NCBI RefSeq assembly: GCF_035084215.1
Contig: NC_090340.1
Span: 3,844,001 to 3,908,000 of the forward strand
Direction of reading: 5' to 3'
Length of the DNA: 64,000 nucleotides
Origin: Heptranchias perlo
Taxonomy: Eukaryota
Under the pieces are notes generated by a model. It saw nothing but the letters and a program-made list of their open reading frames with translations, was not told the DNA's origin and ran no database searches. The translations under genes were made by a program, and so were the position numbers. Shown piece by piece: positions 37,110-50,840 of this stretch (its first letter is position 1; every line of letters starts with the position of its first letter).

Positions 37110-38750
37110 GTTTCTAATTGTGGTCGTCAGAAAGGGTAGGATAGGAAATGATGAAGGTGGTTGCGGGGTGGGTTAGCTGTACTAATTAGAGACAACATAA
37201 CGGCAATTGAAAAATGGGATATTAGTAGCATGAAGATAGAAACAGAATCCATATGGATTGAGACAAATGAGAAGACGTGGTCCATCAGGTTAGTTGTTAT
37301 ATTTTGCAGTCCAACATTCGTGGAAGGGAAATGGAGGGTGAAATATACAGATAAATCTATGAAACGAGTAATAAACATCGAATAATAAAAATGGGAGATT
37401 TCAACTACCCCGAAATATACTGGCAAGAAGAGGTAGGGAAAGGAGAAAAGGGAATGGAGTGTTTATAATGTATACGGCTGCTGTCTTACTCCGTCTGTGA
37501 GAAGCCCAACACGAGAGGAATCACTGCCAGATCCAGTAATGGGAAATGAAGCAGAACAGATAAGAGAAGTAAGGGTAACATCGAGGTAATAGCGATCATA
37601 ACATAATAAGGTTTAAAATAATGATTGAGAAAGGCATAAGTTAGACAAAAAACAAAGTAATAGATTGGAAAAAAGCTAATTTTTCGGATTTGAGCATGCA
37701 ACTACGGCAGGAAAACTGGAAATAAATCTTGATAGACAAAGAGTGGAGGAAGAACAGCGGATAACATTTTGAAACGGTGACCAATAGAGTTTTGTAGGAA
37801 TATATCCCTCGAGAAAGCAAGAACAACTATCCAATAATGAAACACGACGAATGAATAAAGAGATAAGGGTAAAATTGAAACAAAAGAAAAATGCATACTC
37901 TAAGTGCATAAATAATAAAGGAAAGGATGACAAAAGGAAACATGAAGAGGTAAGGACAGAAGTCAGAAAAACAACCAGCAAAGCAAAGAGGAACGACATA
38001 TTAAATTACCATGGAATCTATTAAGAAATAGTAATGTATTCTACAGACACATAAATAACAAATGAAAAATCAGAATATGGATAGGGCCAATAACGGATGC
38101 ACAAGATAAACTCACAGGTAACCATAGCGAAATGGCAGAAATAATAAATAGATATTTTGTCTCCTTATTTGCGATGCAGAATAACAAGGTGGGCAGGACA
38201 TGAGAAGAAGAAATTCAAAAAGATATTGAAACGGAGAAAGGGGGAAGAAAATTGATGAACGAAACAAACTTAGTGAGGAAAAGAGTCCTGGTCCGGATGA
38301 ATTTCATCCACAAATATTAAAAGCCCAATGGAGGGTGCAGAGGAGATTTACAAGGATGTTGCCAGGTCTGGTGAATTTTAGCTATGAGGAAAGATTGGGT
38401 AGGCTGGGCTTTTTTTCATTAGAACAGAGGATGCTGTGGGATGATTTAATTCAGGTGCATAAAATTATGAGGGGCCTAGATAGAGTAGATAGGAATGACC
38501 TCTTTCCCTTAGCTGGGGATGGGGGTGGAGTCAATAACCAAGGGGCATAGATTTAAATTAATTGGTAGAAGCATTAGAGGGTAGCTGAAGAGATTTTTTT
38601 TTCACCCAGAGGCCTGGAACTCTTTGCCTGGAAGGGTGGTAGAGGCAGAAACCCTCAACACATATAAAAATAACTTGGATGTGCACTTGAAGCGCTGTAA
38701 CCTAAAAGGCTACGGACCAAGTTCTCGAAAGTGGAATTTGGCTGAATAGC
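37110..38750 (+). mobile_element. CR1 fragments: EN/linker (37110-38325) joined to an RT C-terminal/3' piece (38325-38750)
   Basis: RGGLAVLIRD..ETESIWIE; GDFNYP; KSPGPD-like DNA; QRRFTRMLPG (ORF 38335). Confidence 0.8.
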
Positions 38751-39079
38751 TTGTCGATGATTCTCCGATTCCCTTATCATGCATACTGTGTGGATCACTG
38801 AATGCTCTAAGTGTCAACGTGTTTATTTATTATTTCCTGATGTACCTTTGTTTGTCCAATAATTCATTCATTGATTCATTAACTACATTTTGTTGTCGAA
38901 CAAATATTTCTGCTTATCTAATTGCATTACTGATGAACACACTATTACTGGTTTGTCTCGCCTTATTTCATCGAAATTTTGTCCCTTAGTTCTAACGGAG
39001 ATCCTCAAGTTTTATTAATATTTATAAACGATGTCAGACGACCTGAAGTGTTATATCAAAGAAGCTGGAGTATCGAATT

Positions 39080-41635
39080 TGCGAACATGGGAACAGGAGG
39101 AGGACTTCCATCCCCTTGAGCCTGCCCCGCTATTCACTTCGATGATCACTGCTCTGTACCTCAACACAATTTACCCGCGTTTTCTCGATGTCCTATGATA
39201 GACTTACCGAATAAACATCCATCGATCTCATCCTTGAAAATTTAAATTCACTCAGCATCCATTGCATTTTTAAGGAATAGAGTTCCGGATTTCTACTAAG
39301 TGTTACTATTGCCCCCTGTTCTGAGTTCCCCCACCAGAGGAAATAGTTTTTCTGTATCGACCCTATTAAATACTTTTATTATTTTAAAGACCTCGATATT
39401 TTAACAGCAACGTTCTAAACTCCAGCGAATAAAATTCAAATTTAATTGAGCCTTCCCTCATAATTCAATCCTTTAAAACCCAGGTATCACCTGCTAAATC
39501 TGCGCTGTACCTCGTCCAAGGCCAAAGTATATTTCACGAGGTGCGGTGTCCAAAACGAACGCCGTACTGCAGATGGGGTGTGTTCATGGCTGTGTACGAC
39601 TAAAGGACAAGTTCCTCCTCTGAATAGTCCATCCCCCTTGAGATAAAAGACAATATTCCATTACCCTCTTAGATTGCCTTTTTGCACCTGCTAACTAGCT
39701 TTCAGCGATTTGTGTACATGGACACCTATGTCCCTTTTATCCTCCACAGCATCCAGCTTCTCACCATTCATACGAACGTACGAACTTACGAATTAAGAGC
39801 AGGCGTAGGCCATTCGGCCCCTCGAGCATGCTCTGCCATTTGATAAGATCATGGCTGATCTGATTGCGACCTCAAACCTACTTTCCTGCCTACCTACTAT
39901 AACCTTTGACTCCCTTGTTAATCAGGAATCTATCTAACTCAGCCTTAAAAATATTCAATGAACCTGCCTCCACCGCTCTCTGGAGCAGGGAGCTCCACAG
40001 ACTCACGACCCTCTGAGAAAAAAGAAAAATCTCCTCATTTCCGTCTTAAATGAGAGACCCCGTTTTTTAAAGTCTGGCCCATAGTTCTAGTCCCTCCCCC
40101 AAGGTGAAACGTTCTCTCAGCATCTACTCCTTCTAGTCCCCTCAGGATCTTATATGTTTAAATAAGATCACCTCTCCATCTTCTGAATTCCAGTGGAGAC
40201 AGGCCCAACTTGTACAACCTTTCCTCATGGGATAACCCCCTCATACGAGGAATCAGTCAAGTGAACCTTCTCTCAACCGCCTCCAAAGAAATTATGTATT
40301 TTCTTAAATAAGGAGACCAAAACTGCACACAGTATTCCAGATGTGGTCTCACCAATGCCCTATACAACTGTAGCAAAACATCTCTATTTTTATATTCCAT
40401 TCCCCTTGCAATAAATGACAAAATTCCATTTGCCTTCCTAATCACTTGCTGTACCTGCATACTAAATTTTGTGATTCATATACTAGGGCAGCCAGATCCC
40501 TCTGTACCTCAGAGTTCTGCAATTTATATCTATTTAAATAACGTACTGCTTTTCTATTCCTCCTGTCAAAGTGGACAAGTTCACGTTTTCCCACATTATA
40601 TTCCACCTGCCAATTTTTTCCACACTCACTTAAGTTATCTATATCCCTTTGCAGACTCATGATATCCTCTTCAGAACTTACTTTCCCACCTTCCTTTGCG
40701 TCATCAGCAACTTTAGCAACCATACATTCTGTCCCTTCATCCAAGTCATTGATATAGATTGTAAATAGTTGAGGCCAAAGCACTGATCCCTGTGGCATTC
40801 CACTCCTTACATCTTGCTAACCTGACAATGACCCATTTATGCCTACTCTCGGTTTCTTGTTAGCTAACCAATCCTTAATCCATGCTAATATGATACCCCC
40901 GACACCATGAGCTCTTCTTTTGTGTAGTAGCCTTTGATTTGGCACCTTGTCAAAAGTCTTCTGGAAATCCAAGTATACCACATCCGCAGGATCCCCTTTA
41001 TCCACGTTGCTTGTTACTTCCTCAAAGAACTCCAATATATTTGTCAAACACGATTTCCCTTTCGCAAAGCCTTGTTGACTCTGCCTGATTGCATTCAGAT
41101 TTTAAGTGCCCTAAGAGAACCTCCTTAATGATAGATTCTAGCATTTTTCCAATAACAGATGTTAAGCTAACTGGCCTGTAGTTTCCTGCTTTCTGTCTCC
41201 CTCCTTTCTTGAATAGAGGAGTTACATTCGTGATTTTCTATTCAGATAATATTCCCATTAGTCATTCTTGTACCTAAAGTGGATGACCTCATAATGCCGT
41301 ATTTGTCCCAGTCACTTAGACTTCTTTGTCCCTTTGCAAATTCCTGTACCCTTCTGCGCTACTTACTGTCCCTCCTAACTTAGTGTCATCTACAAATTTG
41401 AATATAACACTCTCTGTTCCTTCAACCTACTCATTAATATATATGGTGAAAAGCTGAGCAGCTAGTACATATCCATGGGGGACCGAACTTGTCACATCTC
41501 GCCAAAAAGAAAACGTTTCCTTTATCCCAAGTCTCAGTCGCCTACCTCCGAACAAATTAACAACCCATGTCACAAGGGCCCATCCAATTTCGTGCGCTTT
41601 AATTTCTTGATCTCTTGAGCGAAACCTTATCAAAT
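39080..41635 (-). mobile_element. Nested CR1 copies: old copy 39080-39770 plus 41250-41635, interrupted by a younger copy 39770-41245
   Basis: Second tail TACGAACGTACGAACTTACGAATT at ~39771; ORFs 40257-41047; the older RT resumes at ~41250 (ORF 41427-41633). Confidence 0.85.
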
Positions 41636-42229
41636 GAGAAAGCTCAAATAATGAAACAAAGTCAAATATTAAAATATGAAACTCTCATTTTATTACTTAT
41701 TCTATTTCAACCGTGGGTTGATAGCTGTGGCCAGGAACAGCAACATATCAGAATGCTGCTGCTGACCTATGTGGCACATTGGCAGAAAATGACGCATGAG
41801 CATTATGTCCGGTTCCCTGCTCCAAAAAGTTAATTAAGTACGAATATTAGTGAGAGTGGGATGTCTGATAGATTGCCAACTAATCTTGAAAAGATTCATA
41901 CTTCAGGTTAAGAATTTCCTGCGCAGAACAATGTACAAAATTTATATTCTTGTGTTAATTTCTGCAGGGATGATCCGGATGATCCGCAGTAACTTTGGAA
42001 GAGTAGCTGCGGAGCTCCAGAAAACTGTTTAAATTATATTGTGTTTCCAGGGTTTACGCAACTCCTTCCTGTATGTAACGGCAGAAGAGCAGCAGAACAT
42101 TGCCCCGCCCCCACCGCTCCCTCCCACAGAAATTCACCCTCAGCCAAATATGATCAGAAGCACTGACTGAAAATATTTGTTCCCTTTATTATAAAAACCC
42201 GTCTATATTCTGCAAAATGATATTCAAGC

Positions 42230-43085
42230 GCGGTGGAATGTGCAGATAAACATTTGCAAGGATATTAACAGAATTGAGAGGATGCAGCTGTCAGGGAAGA
42301 TTGAGCAGGCTAGGGCTCTTTTCTCTGGAAAAGAGAAGACTGGGAGGACAACTGATAAAGGTATTTGAAGTTATGAAGCTGCTCGACAAGTTCGACGTGG
42401 AGAAATTGTTTACACTTGTGGGTGAACGCAAATCAAGGGGTCATAACGATAACTTAGTAACTAAGAGATCAAAAGAAGAATTCCGATCAATTTCTTTACA
42501 CAGAGTGGTGCGAAAGTGGAGCTAGTTGCGAGTTAGAGTCATAGAGTCATAGAGTTATACAGCACGGATAGAGACCCTTCGGCCCATCGTGTCCGCGCCG
42601 GCCATCAGCCCTGTCTACTCTAATCCCATATTCCAGCATTTGGTCCGTAGCCTTGTATGCTATGGCATTTCAAGTGCTCATCCAAATGCTTCTTGAATGA
42701 TGTGAGGGTTCCTGCCTCCACAACCCTTTCAGGCAGTGAGTTCCAGACTCCAACCACCCTCTGGGTGAAAAAGTTCTTTCTCAAATCCCCTCTAAACCTC
42801 CCGCCTTTTACCTTGAATCTATGTCCCCTTGTTATAGAACCCTCAACGAAGGGAAAAAAGCTCCTTAGTATCAAGTTGCTTTGGAGTGGTTGAAACGTTA
42901 CCAATTCGACGTTTGAGTAAACGCTTACATGATGGGGAAGGGAATAGTGAGATATGGGGACAGGATGGGAAGAGATAATTAGAGTGGGAGAAAGCTCATG
43001 CGGAGTATATACTCCGGCATTGAACAGTTCATCCTTTTGGACCTGTTTCTATATTCTTGGTAAGTTACATGCAATTCTATGTAAC
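42230..43085 (+). mobile_element. Old CR1 3' fragment interrupted by a young antisense CR1 3' end (~42530-42870)
   Basis: ORF 42274-42525; the insert has a (CATAGAGT)n tail and clean ORF 42620-42904 (TRGHRFK...WNSLP); AGTTGC occurs on both sides. Confidence 0.85.
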
Positions 43086-44096
43086 GGAGAATTAGATTTG
43101 AATTTCCTTGCGATGTTCCCGCTCCCCTCCCGTAACTTGTGCGAAGGCGCCACGGAAATCTAAAAACAAACAACGCTGGCCTTTATTTATAATTCTAGAA
43201 TCAGCCTTGAGTTATTAAATTAATGAATTGTACTCATTCAGCTGCAATTAAATGTCATGTTTTAGCTTTTTTGGGCGTTTATATGAATTTTCTTTGTTGG
43301 TTCATTGACCAAGTGCAATGATATTGTATTGATATTGTTCTGCCAGAAGATGGTACTGCTGCACAGTGTAAGCTATGGCAAACGCAACCGCAGCATCATG
43401 AATGTCAATCAAGTGCAGGCAAAATAATTTCCGTGCCGTTCTCCCAGTCTCCCACCAACCTCAGTGTTAACCCTTCAGAAGTGACATGACGGCCTGTGTT
43501 TCCCACAATCTTCACTGACTTGATGATGGGATATTTTGAAAACCGGCGCGGAAATTGCAGGCATGTGGTTGATAGCCTATTACATCGTTCAAACTTAGTT
43601 TCGGCCTCAGTGGCCGACAGATAGCCTTGAACTTTTATGGAACTGGCTTATTTCAAGTTACCACGTGTTATTTTGAACCACGTGGAACTTCCAGGCTATT
43701 TTCTTTTGGATGCATTGGTGGCAAAAAATGCAGTCTTCTGCAAGAGCGGAGGACTCATGCACACAAATCTTTGAAAGTGGCAGCACAAGTTGAGAAGGCT
43801 GTTAAAAAAAATCATATGGGATCATGGACTTCATTAGTAGAGGCATAGCATACAAAAGCAAGGATGTTAAGCTGGACATTTAGTTAGGCGTCAATAAGAT
43901 TGTTGTGTTCAATTCTGGACACCATATTTTAGGAAAGATGTCAAAGCCTTAGAGAGGGTGCAAAAAAAAATAGTAGAATGGTAACAGGGATGTGGGACTC
44001 AGTTATGTGGTGACACTGTAGAGGCTGTGGTTGTTCTCCTCACAGCAGAAAAGGTTAAGAGGAGATTTGATTGATGTCTTTAAAATCGTGAACGGT

Positions 44097-44449
44097 TGTT
44101 TATTTATTCATTCATGGGATGCGGGCGTCGCTGGAAAGGCCAGCATTTATTGTCCACTACTAATTGACCTTGAGAAGGTGGAGGAGAGCCACCTTCTTGA
44201 ACCGCTGCAGTCTGTGTTGACGGTGCTGTTCGATACGAAGTTCCAGGATTTTGACCCAGCGATGATGAAGGAACGGCAATATATTTCCAAGTCAGAATAG
44301 TGGGTGACTTGCAGGGGATCGTGCAGCTGGTGGTGTTCCAACGCGCCTGCTGCCCTTGACGTTCTAGTTGGTAGGGATCACGGGTTTGGGTGGTGCTGTC
44401 GAAGATACCTTGTTGCTGCAGTGCATCCTGTAGATGGTACACACTGCAG
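44097..44449 (-). mobile_element. Zenon-like LINE 3' fragment
   Basis: Antisense match to ~46770-47125 (RSFIIAGSKSWN). Confidence 0.85.
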
Positions 44450-47143
44450 AGGTGGCGGTACAGTGATATACAGTCAGGAGGGAGTGGTCCTGGGAGTCCT
44501 CAACATTGACTCTGGACCCCATGAAATCTCATGCCATCAGGTCAAACATGGGCAAGGAAACCTCCTGCTGATTACCACCTACCGTCCTCCCTCAGCTGAT
44601 GAATCAGTCCTCCTCCATGTTGAACACCACTTGGAGGAAGCACTGAGGGTAGCAAGGGCACAAAATGTACTCTGGGTGGGGGACTTCAATGTCCATCACC
44701 AAGAGTGGCTCGGTAGCACCACGACTGACCGAGCTGGCCGAGTCCTGAAGGACATAGCTGCTAGACTGGGCCTGCGGCAGGTGGTGAGCGAACCAACACG
44801 AGGGAAAAACTTACTTGACCTCGTCCTCACCAATCTACCTGTCGCAAATGCATCTGTCCATGACAGTATTGGTTGGAGTGACCACCGCACAGCCCTCGTG
44901 GAGATGAAATCTCGTCTTCGCACTGAGGACAACATCGAACGTGTTGTGTGGCACTACCACCGTGCTAAATGGGATAGATTCAGAACAGATCAAGCAGCTC
45001 AAAACTGGGCATCCATGAGGCGCTGTGGGCCATCAGCAGCAGCAGAATTGTATTCCAGCACAATCAGTAACCTCATGGCCCGGCATATTCCTCACTCTAC
45101 CATTACCAACAAGCCAGGGGATCAACCCTGGTTCAATGAGGAGTGTAGAACAGCATGCCAGGAGCAGCACCAGGCGTACCTAAAAATGAGGTGCCAACCT
45201 GGTGAAGCTACAACTCAGGACGACATGCATGCTAAACAGCGGAAGCAACATGCTATAGACAGAGCTAAGCTATTCCACAACCAACGGATCAGATCAAAGC
45301 TCTGCAGTCCTGCCACATCCAGTCGTGAATGGTGGTGGACAATTAAACAACTAACGGGAGGAGGAGGCTCTGCAAACATCCCCATTCTCAATGATGGCGG
45401 AGTCCAGCACGTGAGTGCAAAAGACAAGGCTGAAGCGTTTGCAACCATCTTCAGCCAGAAGTGCCGAGTGGATAATCCATCTCAGCCTCCTCCCGATATC
45501 CCCACCATCACGGAAGCCAGTCTTCGGCCAATTCGATTCGCTCCACGTGATATCAAGAAATGGCTGAGTGCACTGGATACAGCAAAGGCTATGGGCCCCG
45601 ACAACACCCCAGCTGTAGTGCTGAAGACTTGTGCTCCAGAACTAGCTGCGCCTCTAGCCAAGCTGTTCCAGTACAGCTACAACACTGGCATCCACCCGAC
45701 AATGTTGAAAATTGCCCAGGTATGTACTTTCCACAAAAAGCAGGACAAATCCAATCCGGCCAATTACCGCCCCATCAGTCTACTCTCAATCATCAGCAAA
45801 GTGATGGAAGGTGTCGTCGACAGTGCTATCAAGCGGCACTTACTCACCAATAACCTGCTCACCGATGCTCAGTTTGGGTTCCGCCAGGAACACTCGGCTC
45901 CAGACCTCATTACAGCGTTGGTCCAAACATGGACAAAAGAGCTGAATTACAGAGGTGAGGTGAGAGTGACTGCCCTTGACATCAAGGCAGCATTTGACCG
46001 AGTGTGGCACCAAGGAGCCCTAGTAAAATTGAAGTAAATGGGAATCAGGGGGAAAAATCTCCAGTGGCTGGAGTCATACCTAGCACAAAGGAAGATGGTA
46101 GTGGTTGTTGGAGGCCAATCATCTCAGCCCCAGGGCATTGCTGCAGGAGTTCCTCAGGGCAGTGTCCTAGGCCCAACCATCTTCAGCTGCTTCATCAATG
46201 ACCTTCCCTCCATCATAAGGTCAGAAATGGGGATGTTCGCTGATGACTGCACAGTGTTCAGTTTCATTCACAACCCCTCAGATAATGAAGCAGTCCGAGC
46301 CTGCATGCAGCAAGACCTGGACAACATCCAGGCTTGGGCTCATAAGTGGCAAGTAACATTCGCGCCAGATAAGTGCCAGGCAATGACCATCTCCAACAAG
46401 AGAGATTCTAACCACCTCCAATTGACATTCAACGGCATTACCATCGCCGAATCCCCCACCATCAACATCCTGGGGGTCACCATAGACCAGAAACTTAACT
46501 GGACCAGCCATATAAATACCGTAGCTACGAGAGCAGATCAGAGGCTGGGTATTCTGCGGCGAGTGACTCACCTCCTGACTCCCCAAAGCCTTTCCACCAT
46601 CTACAAGGCACAAGTCAGGAGTGTGATGGAATACTCTCCACTTGCCTGGATGAGTGCAGCTCCAACAACACTCAAGAAGCTCGACACCATCCAAGATAAA
46701 GCAGCCCGCTTGATTGGCACCCCATCCACCACCCTAAACATTCACTCCCTTCACCACCGGCGCACTGTGGCTGCAGTGTGCACCATCCACAGGATGCACT
46801 GCAGCAACTCGCCAAGGCTTCTTCGACAGCTCCTCACAAACCCGCGACCTCTACCACCTAGATGGACAAGGGCAGCAGGCGCATGGGAACAACACCACCT
46901 TCACGTTCCCCTCCAAGTCACACACCATCCCGACTTGGAAATATATCGCCGTTCCTTCATTGTCGCTGGGTCAAAATCCTGGAACTCCCTTCCTAACAGC
47001 ACTGTGGGAGAACCGTCACCACACGGACTGCAGCGGTTCAAGAAGGCGGCTCACCACCACCTTCTCGAGGGCAATTATGGATGGGCAATAAATGCCGGCC
47101 TTGCCAGCGACGCCCACATCCCGTGAACGAATTTTTAAAAAAA
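44447..47143 (+). mobile_element. Near-intact 5'-truncated LINE of a second CR1-group lineage (Zenon-like): APE plus RT with one nonsense codon at 46035-46037
   Basis: GGG...YRPPS...GDFNVHH.EWL...LDLVLT...SDH; ALDIKAAFDRVWH; GVPQGSVLGP; FADD; YKAQVRSVMEY; LHHRR; WNSLP. ORFs 44304-46037 and 46038-47126 are in the same frame. Confidence 0.9.
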
Positions 47144-47159
47144 GTCACGGTGCACTCGT

Positions 47160-48085
47160 GTTTTTTTATCCGTTCGTGGAATGTTGGCGTCGCTGGCGAG
47201 GCCGGCATTTATTGCCTATCCATAATTGCCCTTGAGAAGGTGGTGGTGAGCCCCCTTCTTGAACCACTGCAGTCCGTGTGGTGACGGTTCTCGCACAGTG
47301 CTGTTAGGAAGGGAGTTCCAGGATTTTGACCCAGCGACGATGAAGGAACGGCGATATATTTCCAAGTCCGGATGGTGTGTGACTTGGAGGGGAACGTGCA
47401 GGTGCTATTGTTCCCATGTGCCTGCTTCCCTTGTCCTTCTTGGTGGTAGAGGTCGTGGGTTTGTGAGGTGCTGTCGAAGAAGCCTTGTCGAATTGCTGCA
47501 GTGCATCCTGTGCAATGCTGGTGGAGGGATTGAACGTTTAAGATGGTGGATGGATTTTCATTCAATCGGGCTGCTTTGTTCTGGATGGTGTCGAGCTTCT
47601 TGAGTGTTGTTAAAGCTGCATTCCTCCAGGCAAGTGGAAAGTATCATATCACACTCCTGACTTCTGCCTTGTAGATGGCGGAAAGGCTTTGGGGCGTCAG
47701 GAGATGAGTCACTCGCTGCAGGATACCCAATCTCCTACCTGCTCTTGTCGCCATAGTATTTATATGGTTGGTCCAGTTAAGTTTCTGGTCAATGGTGTCA
47801 CCCAGGATTTGATTGTTGGGGTTTTGTCGATGGTAATGCCGTTGAATGTCAATAGGAGGAGGTTAGATTCTCTCTTCTTGGAAATGTTCATTGTCCGGCA
47901 TTTACGTGGCTCGAATGTTACTTGCCTCTTAACAGCCCAAGCCTGGATGTTGACCAGGTCTTTCTGCGTGTGGGCACGGGCTGCTTCATTGTCTGAGGAA
48001 TTGCGAATGAAGCTGAAAACTTTGGAATCATCAGAAAACATACCCACTTCTGAACTTATGATGTGCGGGGAAGGTCATTGATGAA
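47160..48085 (-). mobile_element. Zenon-like LINE 3' part, older
   Basis: ORFs 47760-48047 (MGMFSDD) and 47209-47565. Confidence 0.88.
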
Positions 48086-49554
48086 GTAAAGAAGTAATGA
48101 AGAAGTAATAAAGAAGTAATGAATTAATGAAGCAAAGTTCTTTGAAGGAGTAAACGATGAGAAACTGTTTCCAGTAGCAGAATGGTCGGTAACCAGAGGA
48201 CACAGATTTAAGGTGACGGAAAAAGAACCAGAGGCGACATGCGGAAATATTTGTTACGCAAGGTGTTGATATGCTCTGGAATATACTGCCTCAAAGGGTG
48301 GTGGAAGCATTTTATTAATAACTTTCCAAATGGAATTAGATAAATACTTGAAGGGAAAAAAATACAGGGCTATGAGGAAAGAGCAGGGCAGTGGGACTAT
48401 CAAAGAGCCAGCACAGGCACGATGGGACGAATGGCCTCCTTCTGTGCTGTAATATAACATGACACTATGATACTGTGACACTGGCCTATGCAGACTATAC
48501 CTGTATGAACTGGATGTGAATCAGTGTCATGACAGGTATGAATCTTTTCCAAAGTTCTTTACCAGAGAACGAGGATAATGTAGATTATTATGAATAACGC
48601 AACCATGTGCAATTGTTTTATAACCTCTACAATATTCGTGCTTTTTGCATGATGCGAGCTGCCCTGTGTGAACCCTTCCACAACACTGAATGGAGATTAT
48701 TATATTGCGAATGAGGAAACTCAGTGAATTCCAATGAGAGCTGTTGGAAGGTACTTTCTACAGGTTTGGTCTGAGAATGCCAACTCCTATATCCGAATTT
48801 TCTTGTTAAGCTGCTACTGGATTCTACTTTGTCGTATGCTGTTATTTGTAGGGAAGCAGTGCAAAGAACGAAAATAATGTTAATACAAGGTTCAGACCAG
48901 CAATGTGAAGCAGACAAGGCCGATCCCATTAATTTGCAGCTCATGAAGTCGACTGCCTTAGTCAGAACTTTTCAAGGAGAATGCACACTTGTACTTAATG
49001 CATCCGCCAAACGATCGTTTGTCTACGGCAGATGCCATTGGAGACGCCCTATGTTCCATGGTGGAATGCAGATCGTCCAACTAGTCAAAGACGACTGCAC
49101 AGACGTTGCTTGTGAATGGATTCCAACCAGTTGTCCAGTCTGCGTTTTCCTGGTCCTCTGTTGCAAATTTCACTCGAAGCAGATACGCTGCTTCCTGAAA
49201 AATCTCAATGTCTAACTCCTACCAGACTGGTATTATTTTGCTGGGTTCCCGATTGGAAAAGTGCTTGATTATGTGGATGTGGATGCTCATCACGGTTTGC
49301 TTTGATTCTTGCCTCTTAAAGGAAATCGATGGAAACACCAAAATAAACATCTGTTACAATACGTGTTGTACGGAATTCCTCTTGCTCCATGAGAAAATTT
49401 TCCCGTGTTTTAGAACGAAGACGTGAATGTTTCAGTGTGCCAGGAAAGGAAAAGAATCAGTATTGATTCGTGCTGGTCTGTAACATGTCAAGACCCTTCT
49501 GTAATGCCCAGCATAATTTTGTCCATAGGTTTTGCATCACGAATTCTAAGAGAA

Positions 49555-49970
49555 GTCTGCGGCTCTTTTCCATCGAAAAGAGAAGTCTGAAGAGTGACCT
49601 GATTGAAGTCTTTAAGATTATGGAAGGGTTTTGTAGAGTAGACGTAGAGAAGAAGTTTCCTCCTGTGGGGGAGACCAGAACTAGTGGCCAAAAATATATT
49701 GTAGTCACTCATAAGCCCAATCGGGAATTCAGGAGAAAGTTATTTTCATCGAGAGTGGTTAGAATGTTGAACTCGCTGCCACAGGGAGTAGTTGAGGCCA
49801 CTAGCATAGATGTATTTAAGGGGCAGCTAGATAAACACGTGAGGGAGAAAGGAATAGATGGACATGCTGATAGGGTTAGATGAGGTAGCGAGGGAGGAGA
49901 CTCGTGTGGAGCATAAACCTATTTGGCCGAATGGCCTGTTTCTAGCTGCACATTCTATATAATTCTATGT
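49555..49970 (+). mobile_element. CR1 3' fragment
   Basis: LFSIEKRSLKSDLIEVFKIM...TRTSG...NSLP, ending in an ATTCTATATAATTCTATG tail. Confidence 0.85.
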
Positions 49971-50259
49971 AAGAACTCCAGCCATCTTATGGATTTAAAA
50001 TTGGGTAATATCCATCGATTCAGTGACACTGACACACGCTATGTCTGATTCTGTAAAAATGCATAATAATTAGATTGTTTGCAGTGTGAAGAACATAGGC
50101 ATTTTCCTGCAATTGGCCACCCTGGATCTGAAATAGGAGAATGGGCCTTTGACTGACAGATTCCATTTATTGTAGCTGAGCGTAATGGGTTATGCCAATG
50201 CCATGCTTGTATGCATGATGCAGGGTTGCGATCTTACAGCATTTAGGCAGGAGAAAAGT

Positions 50260-50840
50260 CCACGTGTCATACTAAATGAATCTCTGAAGGTTCACGACCA
50301 GTGCCACTAGACTATTGTAAAAGCAAATAAAGCATTGGGATTTATTGCCAAGGTGAGTAAATACAAAACAAAACCTACTATACCGTTTAAGAACATGGTT
50401 AGGCCAAATTTGGAATGCTATCTTGAGTTTTGATCCCGTCAAATGGTGAGTGATATCGAGGCCCAACTAAAGGTACCGAACAGGGGCATTAGATTGATAC
50501 TTAATTGGCCCGTAGTTGGAATGATAGGGTTAAACGGATGCGCCTTTTTAGACGAGATAATTCTAGACTTTGGGAACATTAAAATAATAAAAAGGATCAG
50601 ATTTGATCCATTTGGATAGGCTATTGCAGATAGACAGCTTCACAAGGGCGACGGGATATATTTATGAATTACATAAGGATATAAACGTGTTAGATGTCAG
50701 GCGGCATTTCCTTTCACAGAAGATCGTCTACCTTTGGAAGGAGTTGGCAGCTGGTACAGTCCCCCGTGTACATTCACGGCAGACATTCGAAAGGAGGCTG
50801 CACGAATTCCTGCCTGCGGCTGGCTTCACTAACTATCGTA
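50260..50840 (+). mobile_element. Old CR1-like 3' fragment
   Basis: KANKALGFIA-like DNA; LDVRRHFLSQKIVYLW.EL. Confidence 0.6.

Larger units (their letters stand above)
43740..48480 (+). mobile_element. CR1 3' part (43740-44095 plus 48140-48480) split by three Zenon-like LINE copies
   Basis: RLRGDLIDVFKIVNG ends at ~44095; F.GV..EKLFP...TRGHRFK resumes at ~48140. Confidence 0.8.

Noticed and set aside
44304-44446. N-terminus of the 577-aa ORF
   Set aside because: Antisense read of the adjacent LINE 3' fragment, not part of the element's protein.
48083-48132. GAAGTAA-type short tandem repeat
   Set aside because: Low-complexity slippage at a LINE junction with no unique spacers; not CRISPR-like.
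49205-49314. Minus-strand terminal-exon candidate (good acceptor, 35 codons to TGA)
   Set aside because: No partner exons, no recognisable motif, and no clear poly(A) signal; cannot be supported without RNA data.
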